Of a stretch of 64,000 nucleotides of DNA, positions 44,207 to 53,176 are shown one piece after another. Every line of letters begins with the position of its first letter. Position 1 is the stretch's first letter. Under the pieces are notes generated by a model. The model worked only from the letters and a program-made list of their open reading frames with translations. It did not search any database and was not told the DNA's origin. The DNA is from an uncultured cyanobacterium. Lineage in GTDB: Bacteria > Cyanobacteriota > Cyanobacteriia > Cyanobacteriales > Cyanobacteriaceae. The stretch covers positions 736,001-800,000 of the forward strand of contig CAVQBA010000004.1 of assembly GCA_963710605.1 (NCBI GenBank). The letters run 5' to 3'. Both the position numbers and the translations under genes were made by a program.

Positions 44207-44617
44207 ATGAGTAAACAACATTTACAAAGAGAAGACAATTTAGTTGAAGTAAAAAATAGTTCTCCTTCTACTCCTGTTGATAGTAAAGTATTAGCTTTGA
44301 TGGTTGCAGAAGCTGGTGACGATCGTAAAGCAGAAAATATCGTGATTTTAAAAGTAGATCAAATTTCTTATATGGCAGAATATTTTGTGATTATGACTGG
44401 GTATTCTGCACCTCAATTAAAAGCAATCTCTTTATCGATCGAAAGTAAAGTTTTAGATCAACTTCAGCGTGAGCCATTACGCATTGAAGGTAAAAACGAT
44501 CCTAACTGGATTTTACACGATTATGGCGATGTCATTGCCCATATTTTTCTCCCAGAAGCCAGAGAATATTACGATTTACAAGCCTTTTGGAGTGGTGCGG
44601 AAATCATTGAAAGTTAA
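44207..44617 (+). CDS. rsfS: Ribosome silencing factor
   Basis: D.KAENI, YFVI.TG, W.L.DYGDV..HIF and REYYDL..FW motifs; true start probably ATG 44207 rather than 44054. Confidence 0.9.
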   Translation: MSKQHLQREDNLVEVKNSSPSTPVDSKVLALMVAEAGDDRKAENIVILKVDQISYMAEYFVIMTGYSAPQLKAISLSIESKVLDQLQREPLRIEGKNDPNWILHDYGDVIAHIFLPEAREYYDLQAFWSGAEIIES

Positions 44618-44713
44618 GAGTTAATAGTTAAGAGTTAAAAGTTAATAGTTAATAAATCATTTATTACTCATCACTAGCTTAGCTACTACTTTTTTATGGT
44701 CAATTATCAATTA

Positions 44714-45325
44714 TCAATTGTCAATTCTCAATTCTTTAAGTGTTCCCGCACGGCAATCCCTGAGCCATAAATTAACAGCTTGCCCGATCGTACCCTCGGT
44801 AGTATCACGAAGAGGAGAGGCAAGGAAATCATCTCCATTAGTAGTAGGGTAGCCAAACCTTGTAAATGCCATTACTAAATGCCATTGATTAGTTACCTTT
44901 GTCATCAATAACCAATGATAGTTTTCGGCTTCTATTACTGTTTGATTATTGGAATATCGTCTTTCTAAACTAGTCAAGAAAATCTGTTGAACTTCATCAG
45001 AGGATGAATTTTGTTCGCTAATTGGAAATTGAGGTAAAGGTAATGGTTCGGTTTCTGGCTGACTAACTGCGACTATATAAGTGGGTAAAAAATTCAATTC
45101 ATGAGAATAAATTCTACTTTTTTGAATTACTCGATTACCATAATCAGTGATATCTTCACTTAACAAACTCGCTAAAGTTTCGATCGATTGATTACATAGA
45201 CGATCGTTATTTTTGTCCTTGACAGAAACCCTTTGTTGTGCTGTAGCTACCGAGCTAAATAAGAAAAGATGAACACAAATCAAGATAAAGTTACATAACA
45301 GGCAACGGTAATCAACTAATTTCAT
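44714..45325 (-). CDS. Conserved hypothetical exported protein
   Basis: Signal peptide; YGNRVIQ and GQAVNLWLRDC motifs. Confidence 0.65.
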   Translation of the reverse strand: MKLVDYRCLLCNFILICVHLFLFSSVATAQQRVSVKDKNNDRLCNQSIETLASLLSEDITDYGNRVIQKSRIYSHELNFLPTYIVAVSQPETEPLPLPQFPISEQNSSSDEVQQIFLTSLERRYSNNQTVIEAENYHWLLMTKVTNQWHLVMAFTRFGYPTTNGDDFLASPLRDTTEGTIGQAVNLWLRDCRAGTLKELRIDN

Positions 45326-45409
45326 AATGAGCGATAATCTTAGAGTCGTTTAACGATCGAGCTATAGTGCCAAAAGGGCAAAGGGCAAAGAGAGTGAATA
45401 ATTAACAGT

Positions 45410-45569
45410 TATCGTTATTTCAATTAATATTGAGACAGTATTAATCATATCTAAAACTTTAATTGTCACCGCACCTTGTAATGAATTACAAGGCTAATAG
45501 ATACCGTTTAATAAATTAAACTCAAATAAGATATCAAAAATTGTCTCATCGTCATTTTAAACGACTATA
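45410..45569 (+). mobile_element. Complete MITE-like element with two-hairpin core
   Basis: TATCGTTATTTCAATTAATATTGAGACA ... TGTCTCATCGTCATTTTAAACGACTATA. Confidence 0.85.
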
Positions 45570-45661
45570 ACAGTTAACAACGAATAAATAACGATCGAAC
45601 AATTAGTATTACAACTTATAGCTTATATTTAAAACCCTCTATGTTTTGAGGAAAAATATTC

Positions 45662-46351
45662 TCAATTCTCAATTATTTTATCCCATGCTTGTTGTGGATT
45701 ATCAGCTTGAGTAATTGGTCGTCCAATCACTAAATAATCTGCTCCTTGTTGCAAAGCCTGTTGTGGAGTCATTACCCTTTGTTGATCGCCTTTAACCGAC
45801 CATGAGGGGCGTATTCCAGGGCAAACCAACAAAAAATCATCACCGCAAACTTCTTTCAGTTGAGCCGCTTCATGAGGAGAACAAACAGCTCCATCAATAC
45901 CTGATTCTTTCGCCATTAAAGCATTACTTAAAGCGTATTCGGGTAACTCAAGAGGAATTTTGAGGTCGAACGCTAATTGACGGCTATTGATGCTAGTTAA
46001 AACCGTAATAGCGAGTAATTTGGTGGAGGATGTACCGCTTTGTTTGACTACTTCACTAGCGGCGGTTAAAGCTTTTCGTCCTGCGATCGCATGGAGGGTC
46101 AGTAGATCTACTTCATATTTTAAAGCCGATCGTGTTGCGTTTTTAACAGTATTAGGTATATCGTGGAATTTTAGATCGAGAAAAATGCGTTTATTTTTGT
46201 CCTTAAGGTAAGTAAGAATATCCGCTCCTGTAGCGACAAATAATTCTAAACCAACTTTCCAAAAACCAACTTCAGGTATTTTTTCGACTAAAGCGATCGC
46301 ACTTTTGAGATCGGGTACATCGAGGGGGACAATAATTTTATCTTCAAGCAT
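45662..46351 (-). CDS. pyrF: Orotidine-5'-phosphate decarboxylase
   Basis: [22 protein letters not shown] and VIGRPI motifs. Confidence 0.97.
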   Translation of the reverse strand: MLEDKIIVPLDVPDLKSAIALVEKIPEVGFWKVGLELFVATGADILTYLKDKNKRIFLDLKFHDIPNTVKNATRSALKYEVDLLTLHAIAGRKALTAASEVVKQSGTSSTKLLAITVLTSINSRQLAFDLKIPLELPEYALSNALMAKESGIDGAVCSPHEAAQLKEVCGDDFLLVCPGIRPSWSVKGDQQRVMTPQQALQQGADYLVIGRPITQADNPQQAWDKIIEN

Positions 46352-46440
46352 TACTAATTATAAGTACGATCGACAATTATTAATTATGACGCTTTGTGAC
46401 TAACAAGTCTAATCACAATCACAATTTTAGTAATTGAGTT

Positions 46441-46490
46441 TTGAACTTAAGTTCAAGGCTAATCAGTACCGTTTAATAAATTAAACTATA
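46441..46490 (+). repeat. Bare two-hairpin repeat unit abutting the bfr relic
   Basis: TTGAACT-ta-AGTTCAAGGCTAA..CCGTTTAATAAATTAAAC. Confidence 0.7.
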
Positions 46491-46495
46491 GCCAA

Positions 46496-46621
46496 ATGAA
46501 CTTATTAAGTAAATTATTAGAAGAAACAGAAGAAGAAATGGATTGGCTAGAAACTCAACAGTGGTTAATTGCTAATTGTGGTTTAGAAAATTATCTACAA
46601 ACAATGATAGGTAGTAAGTGA
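46496..46621 (+). pseudogene. 3' remnant of a second bacterioferritin gene
   Basis: MNLLSKLLEETEEEMDWLETQQWLIANCGLENYLQTMIGSK aligns with the C-terminus of the downstream Bfr. Confidence 0.8.
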
Positions 46622-46686
46622 AATAATTTATCATCACCTCAACAATAAACAATAGTCACACAATTAACTAAAAAAGGACAAAATTA

Positions 46687-47154
46687 ATGCAAGGAAGTGC
46701 CAAAGTTATCGAACAACTACAAATATTACTTCGTAATGAATTATCAGCAAGAGATCAATACTTTACTCATTCTCAGATGTATGAAGACTGGGGATTAATG
46801 AAATTATACGAACGTATTAATCATGAAATGCAAGACGAAACTGGACATGCACAGATGTTAATTAGAAGACTTCTGTTTTTGGGTACTACTCCTAATTTAT
46901 CTGAACAAGGTGCGATCAATATTGGTTCTACTGTTCCAGAAATGTTACAAAGTGATCTTCAGCTTGAATATCAAGTAGTTGGTGAATTAAAAGAAGCGAT
47001 CGCTATTTGTGAAGCTGAAAAAGATTATCAAACTAGAGAAATGTTGAGAATAATTCTAGCCGATACCGAAGAAGATCATGCTTATTGGTTAGAAAAACAA
47101 TTAGGTTTAATCGATAAAATCGGCTTAGAAAATTATTTACAAGCTCAAATGTAA
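46687..47154 (+). CDS. bfr: Bacterioferritin, ferroxidase-type subunit (no haem-ligand Met52)
   Basis: E18, E51, H54, E94 and EEDH present; residue 52 is Thr. Confidence 0.92.
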   Translation: MQGSAKVIEQLQILLRNELSARDQYFTHSQMYEDWGLMKLYERINHEMQDETGHAQMLIRRLLFLGTTPNLSEQGAINIGSTVPEMLQSDLQLEYQVVGELKEAIAICEAEKDYQTREMLRIILADTEEDHAYWLEKQLGLIDKIGLENYLQAQM

Positions 47155-47278
47155 AACTAGATTTAACTTCAAATTAGTGAAAAATCTCTAACCAATGGTT
47201 GAGCATATTGATAATACGTAAAAACTATCATATGAAAGAAGAGATTAAATATTTAATTAATTTGGAGAACTATTTTTT

Positions 47279-48448
47279 ATGAAAGCTTTATGTTGGCATG
47301 ATGCTAATGACGTACGAGTAGATAACGTACCAGACCCTGTCATTCAAGACGATCGTGATGCTATCATCAAAGTTACCTCTACAGCGATTTGCGGTTCGGA
47401 CTTACATATTTATTCAGGCAAAATCCCCACTATGCAAGAGGGAGATGTTTTAGGTCATGAATTTATGGGTGAAGTCGTTGAGACAGGTAAAGGAGTAAAT
47501 AATCTCAAAAAAGGCGATCGTATCGTTGTGCCTTTTACCATTGCCTGTGGTGGTTGTTTTTTTTGTAAACAAGATTTATGGTCATTGTGTGATATTTCTA
47601 ACCCTAACCCTGAAATGGCGAAAGACTCTTACGGTCATGCTACTGCGGGTATCTTCGGCTATTCACATACCTTTGGTGGCTTTGCAGGTGGACAAGCAGA
47701 ATATGTCCGTGTACCCTATGCTGATGTCGGACCAATCAAAGTACCTGATGGTATGACAGACGATCAAGTATTGTTTTTAACCGATATATTTCCCACTGGA
47801 TACATGGCAGCCGAAAATGCTGATATTCAACCGGGTGAAACTGTAGCCGTTTGGGGTTGTGGCCCTGTTGGGCAGTTTGCAATTAAAAGTGCTTATATGC
47901 TTGGTGCAGGCAGAGTTATTGCTATCGATCGTGTTCCTGAAAGATTACAACTAGCTCAACAAGAAGGCAAAGCTGAGGTACTTAACTACGAAGAAGTAAA
48001 CATCCTTGAAGCCCTAGATGCCATGACAAATGGTCGAGGTCCCGATCGTTGTATTGAAGCAGTGGGAATGGAAGCCCACGGTACAGATATGATGAACTTA
48101 GTTGATACAGCTAAACAAGCAGTCGGTTTAGCAAGTGGTAAACCCATCGCCCTTAGAGAAGCTATTTTGGCTTGTCGTAAAGGTGGTACAGTTTCTCTTC
48201 CCGGTGTTTATGGTGGTTATGTCGATCAAATTCCTCTAGGTGCGATCGTCAATAAAGCCTTAACCTTAAGATCAGGTCAAACTCACGTACAAAGATATCT
48301 TGAACCGTTATTAGAAAGAATTCAAGAAGGAGATATCGATCCAACCTACATCATCACCCATCACATGAAGTTAGAAGATGCCCCTAAAGGGTACGACATT
48401 TTTCAAAAGAAAAAAGACAACTGTATCAAAATTGTCCTTAAGCCTTAA
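47279..48448 (+). CDS. Zinc-dependent alcohol/formaldehyde dehydrogenase (YbdR-like)
   Basis: ICGSD.H, GHE, CxxCxxC..C and G.GPVG motifs. Confidence 0.9.
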   Translation: MKALCWHDANDVRVDNVPDPVIQDDRDAIIKVTSTAICGSDLHIYSGKIPTMQEGDVLGHEFMGEVVETGKGVNNLKKGDRIVVPFTIACGGCFFCKQDLWSLCDISNPNPEMAKDSYGHATAGIFGYSHTFGGFAGGQAEYVRVPYADVGPIKVPDGMTDDQVLFLTDIFPTGYMAAENADIQPGETVAVWGCGPVGQFAIKSAYMLGAGRVIAIDRVPERLQLAQQEGKAEVLNYEEVNILEALDAMTNGRGPDRCIEAVGMEAHGTDMMNLVDTAKQAVGLASGKPIALREAILACRKGGTVSLPGVYGGYVDQIPLGAIVNKALTLRSGQTHVQRYLEPLLERIQEGDIDPTYIITHHMKLEDAPKGYDIFQKKKDNCIKIVLKP

Positions 48449-48599
48449 ATTACTTAAATTGAGAATTTTTTTAACTTAAAACAGCAATAGTAGTTTTAGC
48501 TTATAATTCTCGCCTTGAAAAAGCGAAAAATAGGTCAATGTTACTAAATAATTTTTTGATCACAATCAAAGAACATATCAACAAATAAAACATTAATTT

Positions 48600-49139
48600 A
48601 TGTCACAACAATTAAATAATAAAAAAATTGCCGCTTTAGTTGCTGATGGTTTTGAACAAGTAGAACTAACTAAACCAAAAAAAGCATTTGAAGAAGCAGG
48701 GGCACAAGTTCAGATCATCTCTCCTAACAGCGATAAAGTACAAGGTTGGAATCATTACGATAAAGCAGACTATTTCTCTGTAGATATTCCTTTAGAAAAG
48801 GCTAATCCTGCTGACTATGATGGCTTATTACTTCCTGGTGGTACAGCTAACCCAGATCAATTACGGACTAAAGATAAAGCCGTTGAATTCATTAAATCAT
48901 TTATTGATGCAGGTAAACCTGTTGCCGCTATTTGTCATGGTCCTTGGACACTAATTGAAGCAGATGTCGTAAAAGGGCGTAAAGTCACTTCATGGCCATC
49001 ATTAAAAACTGATTTAAAAAATGCTGGTGCTGATTGGGTAGATCAAGAAGTAGTGGAAGATAATGGTTTGATTACTAGTCGTAACCCTGATGATATTCCT
49101 GCTTTTAATGCTAAAGCGATCGAATTATTTGCCAAATAA
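48600..49139 (+). CDS. PfpI/DJ-1 family protein (YhbO-like glyoxalase/deglycase)
   Basis: GFEQVE, LPGG, AICHGPW and TSR.P.D motifs. Confidence 0.92.
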   Translation: MSQQLNNKKIAALVADGFEQVELTKPKKAFEEAGAQVQIISPNSDKVQGWNHYDKADYFSVDIPLEKANPADYDGLLLPGGTANPDQLRTKDKAVEFIKSFIDAGKPVAAICHGPWTLIEADVVKGRKVTSWPSLKTDLKNAGADWVDQEVVEDNGLITSRNPDDIPAFNAKAIELFAK

Positions 49140-49212
49140 CTTTTCAATTTGAGAGTGGACATAGTCCACTCGATTACTTCGTTTATTATCTGCTCACTCT
49201 AAGCGTCAGTAA

Positions 49213-50481
49213 CTATGGTTGATGATTTTTTAATTTTTTTTCACTGATTCCAGATATAGCCGCTAAAACAAACCAAGCGATCGTATTTAAACGAAAATCA
49301 AATAAATTGATATCGGCTAGATTATAAAGCATAAAAGCACCCATAACTAAGAAGAAACTAAAGAAAAGAATAGTTTCCTGACCGTTTTTTTTCATGATCA
49401 TAAAAGCTATACATCCTCTACTTAATACCCACGTTATAATTATTAAAAAAAGAGCCAAATTGATGATACCAGTCTCCGCAAGTAACATCAAAAAAAAGTT
49501 ATGTGGATGTCCTAAATAAGTAGCTGTTTGTTCTTCATATAAAATACTAAAATTTCTTAATCCCCAACCTAAAAAAGGTTTTTGCTTAAATAAATCCCAA
49601 CAAAAAATCCATTGTGTAATTCTTAATGTTGCAACAGGACGATCGGGGAATGCTTGATCAGAAAATCTTTCCCATAAAAAACTAGGTACTATTTTTCGTA
49701 AAATATCTTGACCGGGAAAACTACCAAAAGAAGCACCGATTACTAAAATTGCCCCTAAAGTTAGTAGCTGTAAAATCCAATTCCAACTTAGATAAATACA
49801 AAAAGCAACTAAACTAAAAAAGCAAATAATCCAAGCATTTCTAGAACTAGTTAAACCTAAACATATTCCGTTAATAATAATTGTAATAATCAAAAACCAA
49901 TCAAACTTTTTCCAGCTATTTTTTGCTTTTCTCGAAATTAATAAAGCGATCGAGAAAATAATTACAATAACAAAATATAAAGCCGCTAAATTGGCATAAG
50001 GAAAAACCGAAGTTAGCCTACCGGCTGGCTCACCTGCACCTGTTAATTGCCATCCTAATACTGCATATAAAAAATCCGAACTAACCCAACCAAAATTAAG
50101 TTCGGCGATACCGAAAAATATTACCAAATATGAATTAAAAACAATTGGTAAAATCATGAAATATAAATGTTTATATTCAGTAAATAAAGTTCTTAAAGCC
50201 AAAAAAACCCAGAAAAAAGGTAAAAATAACGGCATTCCTAACCATGCTTCACCAATTCTGTAAGCAAAAGTAGAAGAAATAGCCATTAATAGACTTAAAA
50301 GAAAAATACCTTTACTAACATTATCGTTAATAATTTTTTGATGTTTTTTACGCCAAATTTTATAACTAATAAAAACAAAAACTAACAGTGATGTCAAACT
50401 ATGAAATGGCATCAGTAATAGAGCTAAAAATATTAATCGGCGATAATAATTGTCAGAATGGTAATAATAGTTTAAATTCAT
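49213..50481 (-). CDS. O-antigen ligase/Wzy-family membrane protein
   Basis: Multiple TM helices; TSSRNAW, P.LGWG and HPHN motifs. Confidence 0.85.
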   Translation of the reverse strand: MNLNYYYHSDNYYRRLIFLALLLMPFHSLTSLLVFVFISYKIWRKKHQKIINDNVSKGIFLLSLLMAISSTFAYRIGEAWLGMPLFLPFFWVFLALRTLFTEYKHLYFMILPIVFNSYLVIFFGIAELNFGWVSSDFLYAVLGWQLTGAGEPAGRLTSVFPYANLAALYFVIVIIFSIALLISRKAKNSWKKFDWFLIITIIINGICLGLTSSRNAWIICFFSLVAFCIYLSWNWILQLLTLGAILVIGASFGSFPGQDILRKIVPSFLWERFSDQAFPDRPVATLRITQWIFCWDLFKQKPFLGWGLRNFSILYEEQTATYLGHPHNFFLMLLAETGIINLALFLIIITWVLSRGCIAFMIMKKNGQETILFFSFFLVMGAFMLYNLADINLFDFRLNTIAWFVLAAISGISEKKLKNHQP

Positions 50482-50528
50482 TGATCAAGAATTGAGAAAA
50501 GTTTCACAAAGTAAATATTACGTTTAGA

Positions 50529-51107
50529 TTAACGCTCTATAGCTAATGAAGACTGATTATTAATATTGTTAGGATTATTAGTGTTGTTTGTTTCCATTAC
50601 TTGATCAAAAATAATAGCTCCTAAAAAAGAAATTGCAGATATAGTAACTAAGGCTCTTAAAAAATAGTTATTTTGTAAATCAAATATAGATTTTTTACTT
50701 ATTATTTTTGGTGAGCTAGAGTGATTATTTTTGAAGATCGTTTTTCGGAAAAAACTTTTAGCTTTGTCTTTATTACGAGTATTAAGAATCAAAAAATCTA
50801 AGGTATTACCTTGAGCATCAACTGCTCGATAAAGGTATTTTCGCCTTAATTTTAATCGAATAGTTTTTTGCACGATTCGCCATCCCTTAATTCTTTTTTG
50901 TTGAGTTATCGATCTTCTTTTAAGAGCTAAACTGGTATATTGCTCTACTAAATGATTGATAATATGAGGAGCGATCGCAAATCCTCTTTGTTGCATCATC
51001 TGTTTTAGTTGAATATAATCGAGTTTATCTGTTATATACCATTGAACACATAGTAAAATAATTTCCTCTCGAATTTGATCCCAGTTATTGTAACTAGAAT
51101 TCGCCAT
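50529..51107 (-). CDS. IS6-transposase-derived protein, catalytically dead, with C-terminal TM helix
   Basis: IILLCVQWY, MMQQRG and YLYRAVDAQGNTLDF..AKSFF match IS6 Tnp; WRxDET reads WRIVQKT; ends in YFLRALVTISAISFLGAIIF. Confidence 0.75.
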   Translation of the reverse strand: MANSSYNNWDQIREEIILLCVQWYITDKLDYIQLKQMMQQRGFAIAPHIINHLVEQYTSLALKRRSITQQKRIKGWRIVQKTIRLKLRRKYLYRAVDAQGNTLDFLILNTRNKDKAKSFFRKTIFKNNHSSSPKIISKKSIFDLQNNYFLRALVTISAISFLGAIIFDQVMETNNTNNPNNINNQSSLAIER

Positions 51108-51342
51108 ATTTAGTTGACCTCTTTGAGTATATTGATTAGATCTTCAACAGACCTATCTAAAAGTTATAATTGAAAAACGGTAAAATATACAAGTTTTTTA
51201 AAGGCTTTAAATCATTAATGTTTGATTTTGAACGGTGATGTCAATCTTCGTTTACCCTGCTTTTCGTCTTATGCTAGTAGAAGATAAGTATAAAATTTGC
51301 TATACTAATATCTTCTTTATATTACATCTTAATTTTTATCAC

Positions 51343-52788
51343 ATGAAAATTCTTATAGTAGTTGTTAATTATGGAATCAAAAATGATTCTTATCTAAATA
51401 AGGTTTTGGAAAATTTTTTAGCTTGGTCATATAACACAGATATAATTGTAACTTCTAATTTAGATAAAGATTTAGGACCTGAAGTACAAGTAATAAAAGG
51501 ATATCCAACATCTGACCCAAGATCTTTAGCTTATGTACACCGTTCTTTATTTGTTGAACATGTAAACGATTACGATTTGTTTATATATAGTGAAGATGAT
51601 ATGTTAATTACACAAGAAAACTTTGAAGCTTTTCTTGAAGTTACTTCTCATTTACCAGAAGAAGAAGTAGTTGGATTTTTGAGATACGAAACAGGATTAG
51701 ACAATAGTATTAATTTACCTGATCTGCATGGGAACTTTCATTGGTATATTAATTCTTTGAAACATATCGAACCATACATATTTGCACAATACAGTAATAA
51801 GCACTCTGGAGCATACATATTAACTCAGAGCCAGTTAAAGATCGCAATTGATTCGGGTAATTATGAATTGATTCCAGACGAATCAGGATATAGGGTATTA
51901 GAGAAAGCAGCGTCTAAACTGTTTGATTTTTGTAATTTAAACAAAGTGATTTGCATTTCTCAGGTAGATAGATTTTTGATACATCATATACCTAATAAAT
52001 ACGTCAATGTATTAGGTCAGACAAAAGAAGAACTTGACGATCAAGTCAAAGTTTTAACACAAATAGCTTCATCGACTTTGCCAGAATATTCTTTATTAAA
52101 AACAGAGACTAAACTTCATAAAAAGAGATATAACTTATCACACCAAGCAAAATGTGATTTAGAAATTGTTAAATCAGTCTCACGTTCTGAAGGAATCAAA
52201 AATATACTGACAGTTGGAGGTAGTACCGGAGATACTGAAATAGCATTGATGGAAATGGGGCATAAAGTTTCAACAATACCATTAGATACGATTGCAGATC
52301 AAAGACTTAAGAAAAAAGGAATACAAACAACATTACCTAATTTTGATAAGGCTCTAGAAGAGCTGTCAAGTTCAAAACAGCAATTTGATTATATTATATT
52401 TGATACTATTTTGCAATATATAGCAACTCCTAAGGAGTGCATCAAAAAGTTTATTAATCTTCTCGATTATGATGGGAAATTAATTGCAACATTTTGGAAT
52501 ACAAAACACTCTAAATTTTGGAATACAAAACTCCATAAACTTACTGAAGAAACATTAACTCCTTTTCCTTCAATAGGAAATAAACAAAATTCTTTCGATC
52601 GATTAGGCATACACTTGACTGACAAAAATATCTTGTCTTCATGGTTCGAACACGATAGATTATCTGTAATGCGTTTATCTTACTATAGAGTTACTTGTGG
52701 TTTACGAAAGTACTATTGGTTATTGTTTACTTTGCAAGGTCCTAAACTAGCAGAGCGTTTAATATTAATTGCCGAAAAGAAAAGTTAA
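51343..52788 (+). CDS. Glycosyltransferase-like N-terminal domain fused to a class I SAM-methyltransferase-like domain
   Basis: YDLFIYSEDD (DxD-like) motif; ILTVGGSTG and FDYIIF..ILQY; probable start ATG 51343. Confidence 0.6.
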   Translation: MKILIVVVNYGIKNDSYLNKVLENFLAWSYNTDIIVTSNLDKDLGPEVQVIKGYPTSDPRSLAYVHRSLFVEHVNDYDLFIYSEDDMLITQENFEAFLEVTSHLPEEEVVGFLRYETGLDNSINLPDLHGNFHWYINSLKHIEPYIFAQYSNKHSGAYILTQSQLKIAIDSGNYELIPDESGYRVLEKAASKLFDFCNLNKVICISQVDRFLIHHIPNKYVNVLGQTKEELDDQVKVLTQIASSTLPEYSLLKTETKLHKKRYNLSHQAKCDLEIVKSVSRSEGIKNILTVGGSTGDTEIALMEMGHKVSTIPLDTIADQRLKKKGIQTTLPNFDKALEELSSSKQQFDYIIFDTILQYIATPKECIKKFINLLDYDGKLIATFWNTKHSKFWNTKLHKLTEETLTPFPSIGNKQNSFDRLGIHLTDKNILSSWFEHDRLSVMRLSYYRVTCGLRKYYWLLFTLQGPKLAERLILIAEKKS

Positions 52789-53176
52789 TATGATCTAAAA
52801 AAATTAGCTGAAAATTTGATTACATATCTTTTTCCAAAATTGATTTTCTTCGGTAAAGATAACTAATTTTAAAGACAACAGATGAGAATTGATTGCTAAC
52901 TAGAATCAGCAATTCTTATTTATCTACCTACTAAAGCTCAAAAAAACATCAACTTGCTTTTCTCTAACCCGACGTCTTCGAGAAATAACAACTAATTTTT
53001 CTGTTTTTGAATAAGTACAAGTAATTAGAGTCGGGAAGATTTTTCAGACATTGCTGACTTTATGCGTTTTTCACAGTAAAATTGAGCCAAAACCACGAAA
53101 AAAGCTTTGAAGTCTTTATTTTCACAAATATTGTAATTACTTTTCCTTATTTTTTATTCTCTACATAAACACATTA

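Noticed and set aside
50529-51107. Active IS6 insertion sequence
   Set aside because: Catalytic residues are absent, and no right IR or target duplication was found
52900-53020. Possible transposase fragment on the minus strand (TYSKTEKLVVISRRRRVREKQVDVF)
   Set aside because: Too short to assign to any family without a search
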